NCBI GenBank assembly: GCA_964304625.1
Contig: OZ199838.1
Coordinates: forward strand, 14,023,318 to 14,087,317
Reading direction: 5' to 3'
Length of the DNA: 64,000 bases
DNA from: Kudoa neothunni
Taxonomy: Eukaryota; Animalia; Cnidaria
Under the pieces are notes generated by a model that saw nothing but the letters and a program-made list of their open reading frames with translations, had not been told where the DNA came from and ran no database searches. Positions 38,482-50,723 of this stretch are shown piece after piece (within the stretch, counting starts at the first letter, position 1; every line of letters starts with the position of its first letter). The position numbers were made by a program, and so were the translations under genes.

Positions 38482-41266
38482 CAGGCTGCCAGCTGGGTTT
38501 TTAAAAAAGCCAAAGGCCGAGAAAAATGTTAGTTTAACCTTCTAAGTAACATGGGGTGAAAAAAAGATCCCAGATTTTTATTTGTTATTTCAATACTATA
38601 TAATTCAGTAATTCCAAAAATAAAGGAAGACTTAAATTTAAGAGTAGCTTCATGTCGAAAAATGACAAATACTTAAAATCAGTCTTAGCGCGGAAACCTT
38701 GTTTTAGTGGCGATGGAGTATTTTTTAGCAAGTAGCGATGATAGCATCGATGAATCTGAACCCGATACATTGGATTTGGTATATACAAGGGGGTCTGATA
38801 GTGAAGACGTTGAAGATGAATCCATGATTTGCGAATATGTTGATTCCCTCGCTGATAAAAATAATAATTTGTGGAGCGTCGTGAAACAGAGAAAAACAAA
38901 AGATGCAGCGGAAAACATGGTAAATTTTAAATAAGGTGTGACTCCATACGCCACTTCAAAGAATTTCTAATATCGCTGGATGTTTTCAACATTTTTCCCC
39001 CTGGAAATAATGAACAAAATCATCGAATTTACCAACCAATATGGAAATACTCATTATGGGAATAAATGGGAAAACGTTGACGTTGCTGAACTAAATGGCT
39101 TTATTGGATGTATCTTATATATGGCTATCCATAAGATCGACAAGAATCATTAGTTGATTTGTTTAGTTCTACTGAAGGCAGGCAAATATACAAGGAATTA
39201 TTTTCTCTGCGAAGATTTAGGCAATTAACCAGAGCGATCCATTTGATGACACAAACACAAGAGAGCAGAGAAAATTACTGGATAAATTTTGCCCCATTAG
39301 AGAGATCTGGGATATCCTTGGGTAAATATTGCGAGCAAAAGTTATAATTCAGGGTTTGATGTGTGTCTTGATGAACAGTTGGTATCCTTTAGGGGTAACT
39401 GCTCCTTCAGGCAATATATAAAGAATAATCCTGCGAATTACGGGTTAAAAATTTTTTTACTGGTAGATCCACAAACTTCGTATGTATTAAATATAGATGC
39501 ATATATTGGTAAAAAATGATCGACTAATGCCAAAGTTCATGGTGTTGGTAAGAATATTGCTCCCCAAATTAATTGAAAATCTAATTGGTTCAGGATGCAA
39601 TTTGGTTTGCGATAATTATTTTACATCGATTCCCTTGGCTGATGAATTGATCAAAAGAAGAATGACTGTAATTGGTACAATTCGTAAAAACAAACGAGAT
39701 GTACCACCATTCCTACTCCCTAATAGAAGAACCTCGGTGAATGAATCAAAATTTGTTTTCAATGGAAAGAAAATGTAGGTATAGTTCACTCCAAAGAAAA
39801 ATAAGAACGTCCTCCTATTGTGTTCATCTAACCATAACACAAAAATTTCTAGAATATTTCCTCATAAGCCAAAATGTTATCCTACAGTATAATGCTACTA
39901 AAGGAGGCGTTGACACTGTGGACCGTATATTGGCGTCGGTTTCAGTGAGACGATTCACCCAGAAGATGGCCGTTAGTTGTGTTTTACATGATTGATATCT
40001 CACTTGTAAATGCGTTTGTAGTTTACAAGGAGATATTTAACGAACCAAATATTAAAAGAAGAGACTTTTTTTGAAAAAGTCGCTTTTGAATTATCGGAAC
40101 CATTAAACATCAGGAAGAACAAAATTCCATAGTTAATAAAGCGTACAAGTTCCATAAATCCTCGACATTCCGTTCGAAAATATTGCAAAAAAAGATGTAT
40201 CTGGTGTCATCGGAGACAAAGATAAAAAAAAACGACCATCAAATGTGATCTATGTAAGCGTCCATGTTGCAAGGAACATACAACTTTATTCTTACAAAGA
40301 TTGTTCTTTATAGTTATTTATAGCATGAATTTTAATTAGTTTGTTCACAAGATTAATGTTAGTTTATTACAGTTGTTCAATTATTTTCTATATATCAGAT
40401 AATTTTTAAACTTAACTTATTTACTCCTAAACAATGGAATTAAAATAGAAATTATTGAATGAAATGAACGCCTGTGTAGTTTGCTGAATCACGTTTAGAT
40501 AGCCAATTTTACATTATGAAAATAGAATAATTTATTTTTGTTTCAATAAATCACTTTATAGTTTATGGATTTTTTATATTTTATAACGATTTAGGAGGAG
40601 ATTCTACAAACAGTCATTTTAAATTTTCGGCAATCGCGCGTTATGTTGACAATATGCATGTGCGCACATGAGCGGAAAAATTTAAAACGTGGAAATAATA
40701 TGGGAAACCTACAAATTTTACAATTTTATTTCATTTTAGTTAGTAAATAATCTAAGAATGTGAAATCTGCAAAAAATACAATCGTATTCATTAAAGTTTT
40801 TTAATCTTTTTCAAATTCTATAATTATGTCTTAAAATATTAAATTTAAATTTATCGTCGTATGATTGCAATTTTTTCCACGAATACTGATTCATACTTAA
40901 TGTCTAATATAGATCAATATGCTCACAATTAATTGCCTCATAGTTCAAGATATATTTGAAATAACGTTTAAATTTTCTAATAACGTGCAACAATGTTTAT
41001 TGAATAATTATGTAATCGTTTCACGTCAAACAATCGAATATACTGTTATTCAATATCGTAAATATTAAAACCTTGAATGGCATAATCTGAATAAAATACG
41101 TTATTAAAAATATAAATACTAATGCCGGACATTAAAAAAATTTTGTTATTATTCAATGTTTACAGGGTTTCAATAAGATCAAATAATCTGTAAAAACGAA
41201 AAAACTCCCAAGAACTCAGGATGACCATAAAAATCCCAAGATCTTTGGGGGAAAACCCCAGCCCTG
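38482..41266. mobile_element. hAT-type element nested in the Helitron
   Basis: CAGG... and ...AAAACCCCAGCCCTG ends; 8-bp flanks TGCGTGCC and TGTGTGCC (7/8 match). Confidence 0.55.
38538..40320 (+). mobile_element. piggyBac with near full-length, frameshifted transposase
   Basis: TTAA|CCTTCTAAG left end, acidic N-terminus, catalytic motifs LDEQLVSFRGNCSFRQYI, CDNYFTSIPLADEL and YNATKGGVDTVD, and Cys-rich C-terminus KCDLCKRPCCKEH. Right TIR not found. Confidence 0.92.
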
Positions 41267-41334
41267 TGTGTGCCCTTAAGTACACATGTGCGATAAAATC
41301 TTTTCCTTATAGAGAGCCATGTAAAAATTTTAAA

Positions 41335-43025
41335 ATAATGGTAAAGTATGTGACTCCAGGAAAACACCATCTTTCGTCCGTTTTTTCTTTTACGATCATC
41401 AATTATTGTATTTTCTATCACGCTCACTCAGACTCAGAATAAACACGCGCGGCCGTTTAGGTCCGACCGTAAAACAATATAGAGGTTGCTTAACAAGGCG
41501 GTGAAGCCGCCATTAATTTATATATTAGTTATAATCTCCAACATCAATAATAAATTAAAAGATTACTGTGTGCAAATATTGAGCTCAAATAAATTGCTTC
41601 TAAATTTTTGCCTAATTCCTCTTGGACTACAGTCGAATACATGTATAATCCGCGTCGTTTTGCAATAAACACCGAAAAATAACTGATTATTTCCTTATTT
41701 CCTCATTTCGTAAATTATCCAAAATTTCTATTTTATATTATTTTTAATAAAGACGATATTAAATTTTTCTGTGTTTATTTGCCATGTGTAAATCGCAATA
41801 ATGGAGCTTTTAGGTTTAGAGGGGATGATGACTTTTTCTGTTTAATTAATGATTATGATAGGTTATTTTACAAATTAGTAACAAAGGGTTACCTTAAAGC
41901 TGCTACAAAAAGATGTTTTAATTGTTGGAATTTCGAAACCTGTACTTTAAAAAAGAGAAAATTACTTATCTTCTGCGGAATGACAACTTGAGGTAGCTAA
42001 GGTGAAAAACTAGTGTTTCCCCTTGAAACGGTATTTTATCTCTAGTATGGCTTCCGTCGGTTTAACAAATAAATTAACGAAAATAAAAGATATGTTCATT
42101 TAGAAAATGCTATACTAAAATTTGTAAGAAAATTTGAGTGAGTGAATCTTTATAAAACTGGCCGTACGTCTAATACATTGCATAACACTTAAGCTGCGTG
42201 TCAACAGCATGGAAGTAGTTCCAAAGAATGATTTTAGCGTAACATAAAGATTAAAATTATAAATTAATTCATTTCAAAGTTTAATTATGCATTATAACAA
42301 TAATGAAACATTACTTTATTAAAACAAATATTTTTGTCCCAACAAAATAATTTTTTAATGTACATTAATTGTACACTTTGTGTTGATTTTATAAGATAAA
42401 TAGGTAAATATACGATTTATTATTTGAAAAGTTTTCCAATTTAATATCTACAGATAAATAAAGTACGTATTGAAATATTTTTAATTAATAACTTTTTTCG
42501 ATTTTATAACCAAAAATCTCAATGTACGATCAAAATAATTATCGTTAGTTTCAATTTCGTAAGTAATTAGTGTATAAAAATTACTTCACTATTAACAATG
42601 TATTAATAAAAATGTATCAACTAAAATGAACAATTATATATGTTACTAAATGGTTTAAAAGTTAATTTGACATTTAGAAATAAAGATAGATGACACATTA
42701 TTTCTTAATATTAGACAAGCTTATTTAGAAGATTTACTAGATTAACTTTGGTACATGAATATTAGGATATTTTAAATAATTGTAATAATATACTAATTAG
42801 TATAAAATAAGCAAATAATCAGGCATTTTTCGGTGTTTATTGCAAAACGACGCGGGTTATCCTTGTATCCGACTGTAATCGAAGTGGAATTAGGCAAAAA
42901 TTTGGAGATAATTTATTTGAGCTCAATATTTGCACTCAGTAATCTTTTAATTTATTATTGATAATCGTAAAAGGAAAAACGGATGCAAGATAGTGTTGTC
43001 CTGGAGTCACATACTTTACCATTAT
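41335..43025. repeat. Element bounded by about 200-bp diverged inverted repeats
   Basis: 41335-41690 (minus the 140-bp insert) is a diverged reverse complement of 42815-43025. Both start ATAATGGTAAAGTATGTGACTCCAGG. Confidence 0.85.
41404..41543. mobile_element. 140-bp solo LTR
   Basis: TATTG...CAACA ends (TGTTG with one substitution), 5-bp TSD TCAAT. The empty site is visible in the opposite inverted arm near 42957-42962. Confidence 0.8.
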
Positions 43026-43050
43026 CCTGTTAGTCGCTATGTTTATAGTA

Positions 43051-44049
43051 CAGTAAGTAACCAATTTCACGCACTTTTTAAAATCCTATTAGTTAGAATA
43101 TTGATTGGTCATTGTTCATATAATGTTTCTTGTAGTATTTCAATCAACATTTTTACAAAAATTATTTTAAAAAGTTGCTAAATAATGGAACTAAAAGTCA
43201 CGTGACAGACAATTCACGCACTTTTTTCCGGGTATTTCTTGTTTATTATTTAGTTACGTTAATATTTAATGCCAAAAAACGCCTAAATTGTATCTATTGT
43301 CAAATAGTACAATATTACTAATTATTATGAAAGTCTTCCATTTAATGACCAAAAAACTGTCATTGCATCACATTTAAAATATCCATAATATCGACTCCTA
43401 ATGGCATCCTAGAGATGAAAAATAAAATAATCAAAACCTATGAATGTTTGTAGAATCTAAAAATAGAAATTATTTGCATGTAGGACAATTTAATTCTGTT
43501 GATGAAGATGCATATGAGTGGATTAGGTTGACACGAAGCAAAAAGATTAAAGTAAGCGTCATCACGATAATCGTCAAGAGAAATCAATTAGCCAAAGAAA
43601 AAGGTTTACTTTTATGTGCAATTCGTTGAGGGTTTCGTTGTTTTAAAAAAGGTCCAACATTAAAAAATCAAATTTTATTAGCTAATCTGCTAATGCTACA
43701 CCTGAAACCATTTCAGAGCAGACCAATCAAATCAGGACATTCTTCAAAAGATACTCTGAAGATTTTATTTACAATGTAGACGAAACTGCCTTATTCTACT
43801 GATAGCAACTGGAAGAATATTTCATAAATCGTTGGAAAAATATTTTTGTGATGTTAACATTTCTCGAGTTTTAATTGTCGTTTAAAAATTAATATATAGT
43901 TAATTAGTCGTTATAAACGCAATTTAATCATTAAATGTCAATTTTTTCAGAAATAATTGCGTACGCACGTGCGTGAAAATGGACGTGACCAGTTTTACTC
44001 ACTTTCTGTCTTGGTCCTCAAGGGACTACGTGAAATTGGTTGCTTACTG
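43051..44049 (+). mobile_element. Internally deleted Tigger/pogo element
   Basis: TA|CAGTAAGTAACCAATTTCACG ... CGTGAAATTGGTTGCTTACTG|TA. Transposase remnants QFNSVDEDAYEWIRLTRSKKI and IYNVDETALFY. Confidence 0.9.
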
Positions 44050-44417
44050 TAGTATTCAGGGAAAATCTTTCTTCCACATCAAATATCTTCATTGTTTCAA
44101 ATTTAGCATTTAATTTATTTTCTAATTTTTGATAATATTTCATAAATTTAAATTTTGGGATAGAATTAGGATTTTTTATCATTTGTAGATGCACTAGTCA
44201 AGATTGAGACAATATGTTACTAATGTTATAAGGTTTACATATTTAAGTTAAATTTTCTAAACTATGAATAATGTACGTTTCATTGTGATATTGCACACGA
44301 GCCATAAGTCACCGCATCTCAAAAACTAATGTGCTGCCGAAAAAATCAAAAAATAATCAAACCAGAATATTAGAATGAGATGAAATGCTAAAGAAAGTGT
44401 CCATGCACAACGGTGCC

Positions 44418-46002
44418 TTATATATCATCAATATCGATATCGGAACTTTCATCATCGCCAGTGTTTTGCTCTGGAACGGCATGTAGAGAATTTGCCTTAA
44501 TCGTTTCACCTGACGAACCGTAAACAACACCATTCGAATGAGAGTTCGGCGTGTTGGCGGAGCTATTGGGATTTGGATGATCCGAAGGCTCAACCGATGT
44601 TAGTGCTTCAGTCCTGGTGGTACCATTACGATTTCTGGAACTATTAGCAACAGGCTGAGCCAGCTGCTGCTCTTGTTCGTCTTCACTATCGGAAGATGAC
44701 TCTTCTTCTGCATTCTTAAGCCAGTCCATAAACTTGAAAGCTGCTGCTTTGATTCTGACCGAAGTTTCCTTTGACACAAACCTTGAAGACCTTTTAGAGT
44801 CCCAATGCAAGAAAACCTCTTCATCAATAATATCAGCTTCAAATAATATCTTGAAGATGATTGGAACTTTGTCAATCAGTTGATCGATGTAGAGTTCGAT
44901 AATACGCTCGACTGAAGCAAGCAGATACTTTTGAACTTTCGGTTGATCGGCGCAGAAACGTCGAAGAAATTTATGATGTTGTGACAACTGTCTAACTATG
45001 TCACTATCAAATATCAGGTTTGAAATGGAGAAGATAGCTTTGTGTTCGACATCTAGGCGTCTCACTTCGTTTACAATGTCATCCAAGTGATTGTCAAGGT
45101 TTTTGTCTATAGAAAGTTTTTTTTTGGACAAAATCTCGAAGAATTTCCAACTTCTCATGCATGGGTTTGTCTGTATCGGCATTAATTGTCAACGAACGTA
45201 GATGAGCAGAGAGCATAAGCTGACGCTCTTTAACGGCGGCCTCACTCACATCTGCATTCCATTGACAGTCATCAGCATCGTCCTCAGCTGGTGGATCGGC
45301 GTTGTTGGTTTCAGGTGCAACTGAGCTGTTTTCAAACATGGATACTTCATTTGCATCGGGATGATCGGCAGACTTTTTCTTTTTGGGGGAAGATTTGGAT
45401 GATTTTTTCTGATTGGGTTTATTTTTGGCATTTGTTGTCGGTGGATTTTTGAGGATGTAGGCGGATGAACGATGAGTAGTCGACACTTTGCTGCTGTGAC
45501 CGCATGCTATGCATCTCATTGAAATAGTTTCCTTTTTTGCCAACACAGATAGAACTGTCTCAGGATTGGAACAACTATCACACAGCACGTATCTCTCAAT
45601 AAAGGTATCGAGAATATTTTGAAGTTTATCAGCGTCATGAGCTCCATTTACGATGTAGCGATCATTTTTAGGATCGGAAATTGTTTGCGCCCCAAGCTCA
45701 CACCCAATATACTTCAAGGGATCTTAAAGAAAATACATTAAATGATAAAAATCAAGTTATCATACAAAGAGGCGGTCTATTCAAAGCTTTAGACACTTCA
45801 ACCAAGTTAGGAATAACGGTCTTGATACCATTTCCTCTGCCTTCAACCTAAAACCAACAATTGTAAACTGACAACCAACAACTAATTTCGAGATAACGTC
45901 TATTTCATCAATAAAACTAACACATACTTTTGCCTGTATTCTAGGCATTTTATAACGATAATAGCTATCAGTAACCTTACGGTTAATGTTTACTGTGGTC
46001 AT
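44418..46002 (-). CDS. EIF5: Translation initiation factor eIF5; one frameshift near 45120
   Basis: [25 protein letters not shown]|[40 protein letters not shown], then a W2 domain with [16 protein letters not shown] and C-terminal DIDIDDI. Two GT-AG introns in the CDS. Confidence 0.96.
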
Positions 46003-46003
46003 T

Positions 46004-46225
46004 TTATACAATTAGTTCCGTTTTGGCGGTTAAAATAATCATATATGTAGAAGATAGAGTTTGTGTTAGTATCGATAAATCGTGTACGATGCAATAGAGA
46101 CACTGGTTAGTATTTTGTATCTATTGTTGATAGTTTTGCACTAAAATATCAATTTATATCGTTACAGCTCACCTCTGAACAAAACGAATCACCTAAAAGC
46201 AAGTTTACTTCTTATTGCAACTCAT
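46004..46225 (-). promoter_or_regulatory. eIF5 5' leader with two poor-context uORFs
   Basis: uORF1 46225-46205 MSCNKK* (tgcATGa); uORF2 46042-46004 MIILTAKTELIV* (tatATGa) ends 1 nt before the main aaaATGa. Candidate 32-nt leader intron at 46141-46172. Confidence 0.6.
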
Positions 46226-48239
46226 GCAAGCCAAAACAAGCCTAAGCACTCGAAGAGTAATTATTGTGCTAACGAGAGTTTCCGAAAAATTGGTTCTAAT
46301 TGATAGCCTTATTCCTCAGAATAATTTAATTTAAATATTATTTACTATTTATAAAGGGTTTTCGAATAAATTACATCACCTTGTTAGTACAAGTTTGAGC
46401 CATTATGAGTGATAATCTTTAAATCGGATTAACAACCACTCACAATTCGTTATCTATCTAGGTGTGAACCCTATTATCATGCTTGTATAATTTTTCTTAG
46501 GAAAATCAGAAGATTTATTGATTGGAGAAATACCATTTATACTCACCTTGGATTACGAGTTTTTAATCTACTTAATCGCACAATTGATACCTAAGACCTC
46601 ATTCGTACTTATCTCAGAATGATTCTATTCTTCGAATAATTAGAATGAAGGCGCAGTTAGCTTCATTATTGAATTGATCAATAGTTTAGCTATTTATAAC
46701 TCTTGTGTGCTATTGTAATATACGTTCCTCGATGTCGCAATGTTTCGATATTTATCGTATATTATTATTCAACTAATGTCAGCCTTATAACTAGGGTGGA
46801 TGGAATTATCATATACGTTGAATCTCATTGTATAAATCATATTTTATAAATCTCGTTTACATTATATATAACACATTATTTATGTATTTACTTTGGTTTG
46901 TTAGATAATAATCTTCACGCTGTATTAGATAATTGACTTTTCGTTAATCCTAAAATAGTGGTTTGAGCTCCCTTCAAATTAAAAAAGGTTTCCTGACAGT
47001 GTTATAATTATAAGGGGAGGTTTCCTGTTGTTGAGAATTATTCTTTGTGTGTCTGATATTCTTGTTCGGTCCAGCTGTCCCCATGTAGCCTCTAATTGTT
47101 TTCTGTGTCTGTTTGACCGCTATACAATGATACAATGCATAGTTAACTTTGCGGCCTAACTGAATAGTGTCTTTCGCTATATTCTAATTCTAAGCACATT
47201 AGACAACTGATTATGTGGGATTGGCGATTTTTCACAGCCCCCGAAACCCTTCTGTAAACATCATCTCAGAGTTTTATAATTTTGATAATATGTAGTATCG
47301 CAATAAAATATAAATTAATCAATTTCTAAAAAATTTAACTTCAATATGTAAACTTGATAACATTAGTAATATATTATCTCAATTTAACTTTATAGGAATT
47401 GAATTATCAATAGTTTTTATGCATTTTATGAGTCTTGCGCAATTATAGCTCGTGTGTAATGAATATTCTTCGTAACAAAGAAAATTATGGCTTGTGCATC
47501 AACAAGTGATAATAAATCCTAATTCTATCCTGAAATTTTAATTTTTTCGCAATATTCTCAAAAAGGAGCGAATAAATCAAATAATAAACTTGAAACAATG
47601 AAGATAATTGGCGTAAAAGAAAGATCTACTTTGAATACTATTATAAACATAAAGACGAGTTCTTTTAACATTATAAAGATTGCTCTGTTCCAAAAATTGA
47701 ACAACTCTCAAAGGGAGAAAATATTTATACTGATCTATAGGTGAAAGAGTGAACTGAATTGAATTGACGAGAGCAAAAAAAATAAAAGATTCTGAATAAG
47801 TTTCTATCAGTAAAGCTAATTGATTCCTTATGATAGCTCGCAATCAATACATGTATCTACTAATTAGTTTATGGTTATATAAAAAGATTTAACATTTCAG
47901 AACATCATTTTTCGGTAAATCTTCAAATTATAAATCATGTTGCATTAAAAATTACCTCAAATATTAAACTAAATACGTATGCTGATTGGTCCAAATATAA
48001 TCTAATTTTTTATTTGTTTATTTCGCGTGGGCGAGAGTTATGCCGAGCGTAATTATGCCTCGTGCGTAATGATATTGATTTTCCTTTTGATTATGAACGA
48101 CTCATAAGTCACTGTATATGCGAAATATATGTTTATATAGAAATTTGATATTTGTTGCAAGAATATTTAATTTCGTTATACACTCATGCGATGGATGAGA
48201 CTTTATTTGTCTCAATGAAGTTATAGATAACTGTCTTAA

Positions 48240-49946
48240 CCTTCCAAGTGCTACGAAAATTACTATACACTTGGTATCTTTGGGGACCTGTATGATCCCA
48301 CAATTTTCTTACATTATTTTAATTTAAATATATTGAAAAACTTTTCGATAAAATTTAAGAGAAATCTATCGTCGAATTCGTATCGAATTTCGAAAAAACA
48401 TATAAACGAGAAGATCGATTTGTCTGTAATTGTTAAAATTTCCCTTTATTTATATTTTATTTATTTCATTATTTTGTAACTCACATTAGCTAAATGTTAA
48501 ATGAAACTACACTTTATATGTGTGAAAATAATCTCATTTTAGTAAAATTTAGTTTTTACCAATGTAGTAAATAATGCGTATATTGTTTGGACAAAATGAT
48601 TGTAAAATCATAAATATTAGAATAAATTACTTAAAAATGACAGAATGTAAGATATTATGACCAACAGCGTGTGAACAAACTAAAATAATAATAAATGGAA
48701 AAGACATACGTATATCGAACAGAAAGATTAGATTAATAACCAAGAAAGTCTAGTTCCGAGTTTCCCCGCCTTTTCCAAAAGTATTGGGTTTTTTAACTTA
48801 AACCATTTACAACTTTCAATCAAACTTCCTGTCACATTAAAATATGAAAGTCATTAATATACATTTCTTTTCGCATAAAACATAAAATTTATTAGATTAG
48901 ATCTAACTTAATTTATCGATTGACCTTGAAAATTAACTTTTTAATTCTTCATTTCGTCCAACTCACATCAAGAAAAACTTTAATGTATACGGGGCTTATA
49001 AACCGAAAATAAATAATTTATATATAAAATGATCAATAATACATTAGGTTAAACTGAAAAAAGGGGAGATCGTGGTTATAAATGAGAAATGATTGGGATT
49101 AAAACCATTTCGGTTCTTCTGGGATAGAGACCGTTACATGTTATTATTTATATTTATATCATTATTCGTGCGTTTGGTATTGTTATATGATATTCATAGT
49201 CATTTAAAAATAATCTACATCAAAAATCGAGGTATTTATTTCAATGTGTGCCACATTGTCCAATTATTTCACCATTATCCATGTCACATCAATGCTCAGG
49301 GTTATCGACGACCCGCTAGAGCTGTTCATTAGGTGTTCAAAAATTTCCATTCCCACAAAAATTCTTCCAAGTCTCACAGGTGGGTCGTGATTATTATGTT
49401 AAGAAACACTCCCCCATACGATTCGGATTTCTCTGCAGTCCAGATAGCATTATATTTGTCGTAATGCAAAGTTCAATTAATGACAATTTATCAGAATTAG
49501 AATCCGATGAATCTGACTCAGGATTACTACATTGAGTAAAATTGAAAATTTCACCACAGTCACTCTTAAAATCTGTGGAATATTCTTCGTCAAAACCATC
49601 CATCACTCTAAACTAGTCTATTTCGCTGCCAGTTGAATGAATTCGGGGATTTTTTGTCTCATTTCCTCTTTATTTTATCGATAGAATTTTATATAACTTT
49701 GAATTGTGGTACTTACAATTTTTCCACATTATTTAATGGAAAAAACCTGGGGTAATATATGACTCCAAAAGCACTACCCGTAAAAAGTACGCATATCTTA
49801 TTATTAATTTAGATAATTAAAAACATTTTTCTCGCATTGCATTAAGCATTTGTTTTCGGGAGAATAGATGTAATATCAGACATCGTCGACTGCAAATAAT
49901 ACATTAAAAATACATTACAATATGACCCCCAAACGCGCTCGGAAAG
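48240..49946 (-). mobile_element. Non-autonomous piggyBac deletion derivative
   Basis: TTAA|CCTTCCAAGTGC ... GCGCTCGGAAAG|TTAA, GGGG..GACCCC internal repeats, acidic transposase-like N-terminal fragment on the minus strand (49394-49606). Confidence 0.8.
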
Positions 49947-50723
49947 TTAATGTTGTAAATTTAACGAAGTATTTTCTTATCTTATTTTTTTATAATAACC
50001 TCATTAACATTTTAATTATTATTGATTTAATGTTTTCGTTAAAATATCACATGTATTAGTCAAACTGGTAATATACTCATTGAAAGAAAACTGAAATTTC
50101 TTTAACAAAAAAGAGTTATTTTCTTTTTATATTTATCTTAAATATCTTAACAAATGTAGATCAATTTAAACTTAGATACATGTTGGTCTATTTATAATCA
50201 CGCAAGCGCAACGACGTAATTATAAGCTTGAAGTCCAAAACGAGGAACTTAGGCTAATCAATTCATTCACAAATCTGTTATCATTTAATTTTCAAATTTA
50301 GTAATTATAGAGTATGACTGTTAAACCTTTTCATGATATTATAATATATAGAACATTCATGGGTTCAGATCATATACTTTAGAAATGAACAAAAGACCGA
50401 TTATCTACTATAATGAGAATAATGGACCGCAAAAAATTAATATTTCTACAAAAATATTAAAGTTTTTAAAATAAAAATTATAAAATCGGGCCAGCGGAGT
50501 AACTAATCACGTACATTTGTTTTCAGAAATAAATCCAACCCACTTTTATTAAACACCAATATGGTGACAAGTATTCAACTTGAGGCACGAAAGTAACTAT
50601 ATTTTACAAAATTACTCAAACAAATTTTTTCGCGCGATCCAATTTAACAATTTTAACCAACCATCAAACTTTTTGATGTCGTACGAATATCGCCGAACGT
50701 ATACGATCGGCGTCTGACACATT

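Larger units (their letters stand above)
38436..41335 (+). mobile_element. Helitron 5' end (same family as 17524-18842) split by nested insertions
   Basis: A|TCTACTATATATATATATAAAG..GTGTATGCGTGCC resumes at 41267 as TGTGTGCCCTTAAGTACAC..TTTTCCTTATAGAGAGCCAT, matching the reverse complement of 18520-18596. Confidence 0.7.

Noticed and set aside
4381-45130. Genome-wide Euplotes-like stop-codon frameshifting or an alternative genetic code
   Set aside because: eIF4A3, NAA30, eIF2B1 and SRRM2 translate cleanly with the standard code, and several shift sites do not fit the model.
46950-47270. Locally GC-richer segment, possible ncRNA or retroelement fragment
   Set aside because: No termini, promoter boxes or protein motif that I can support.
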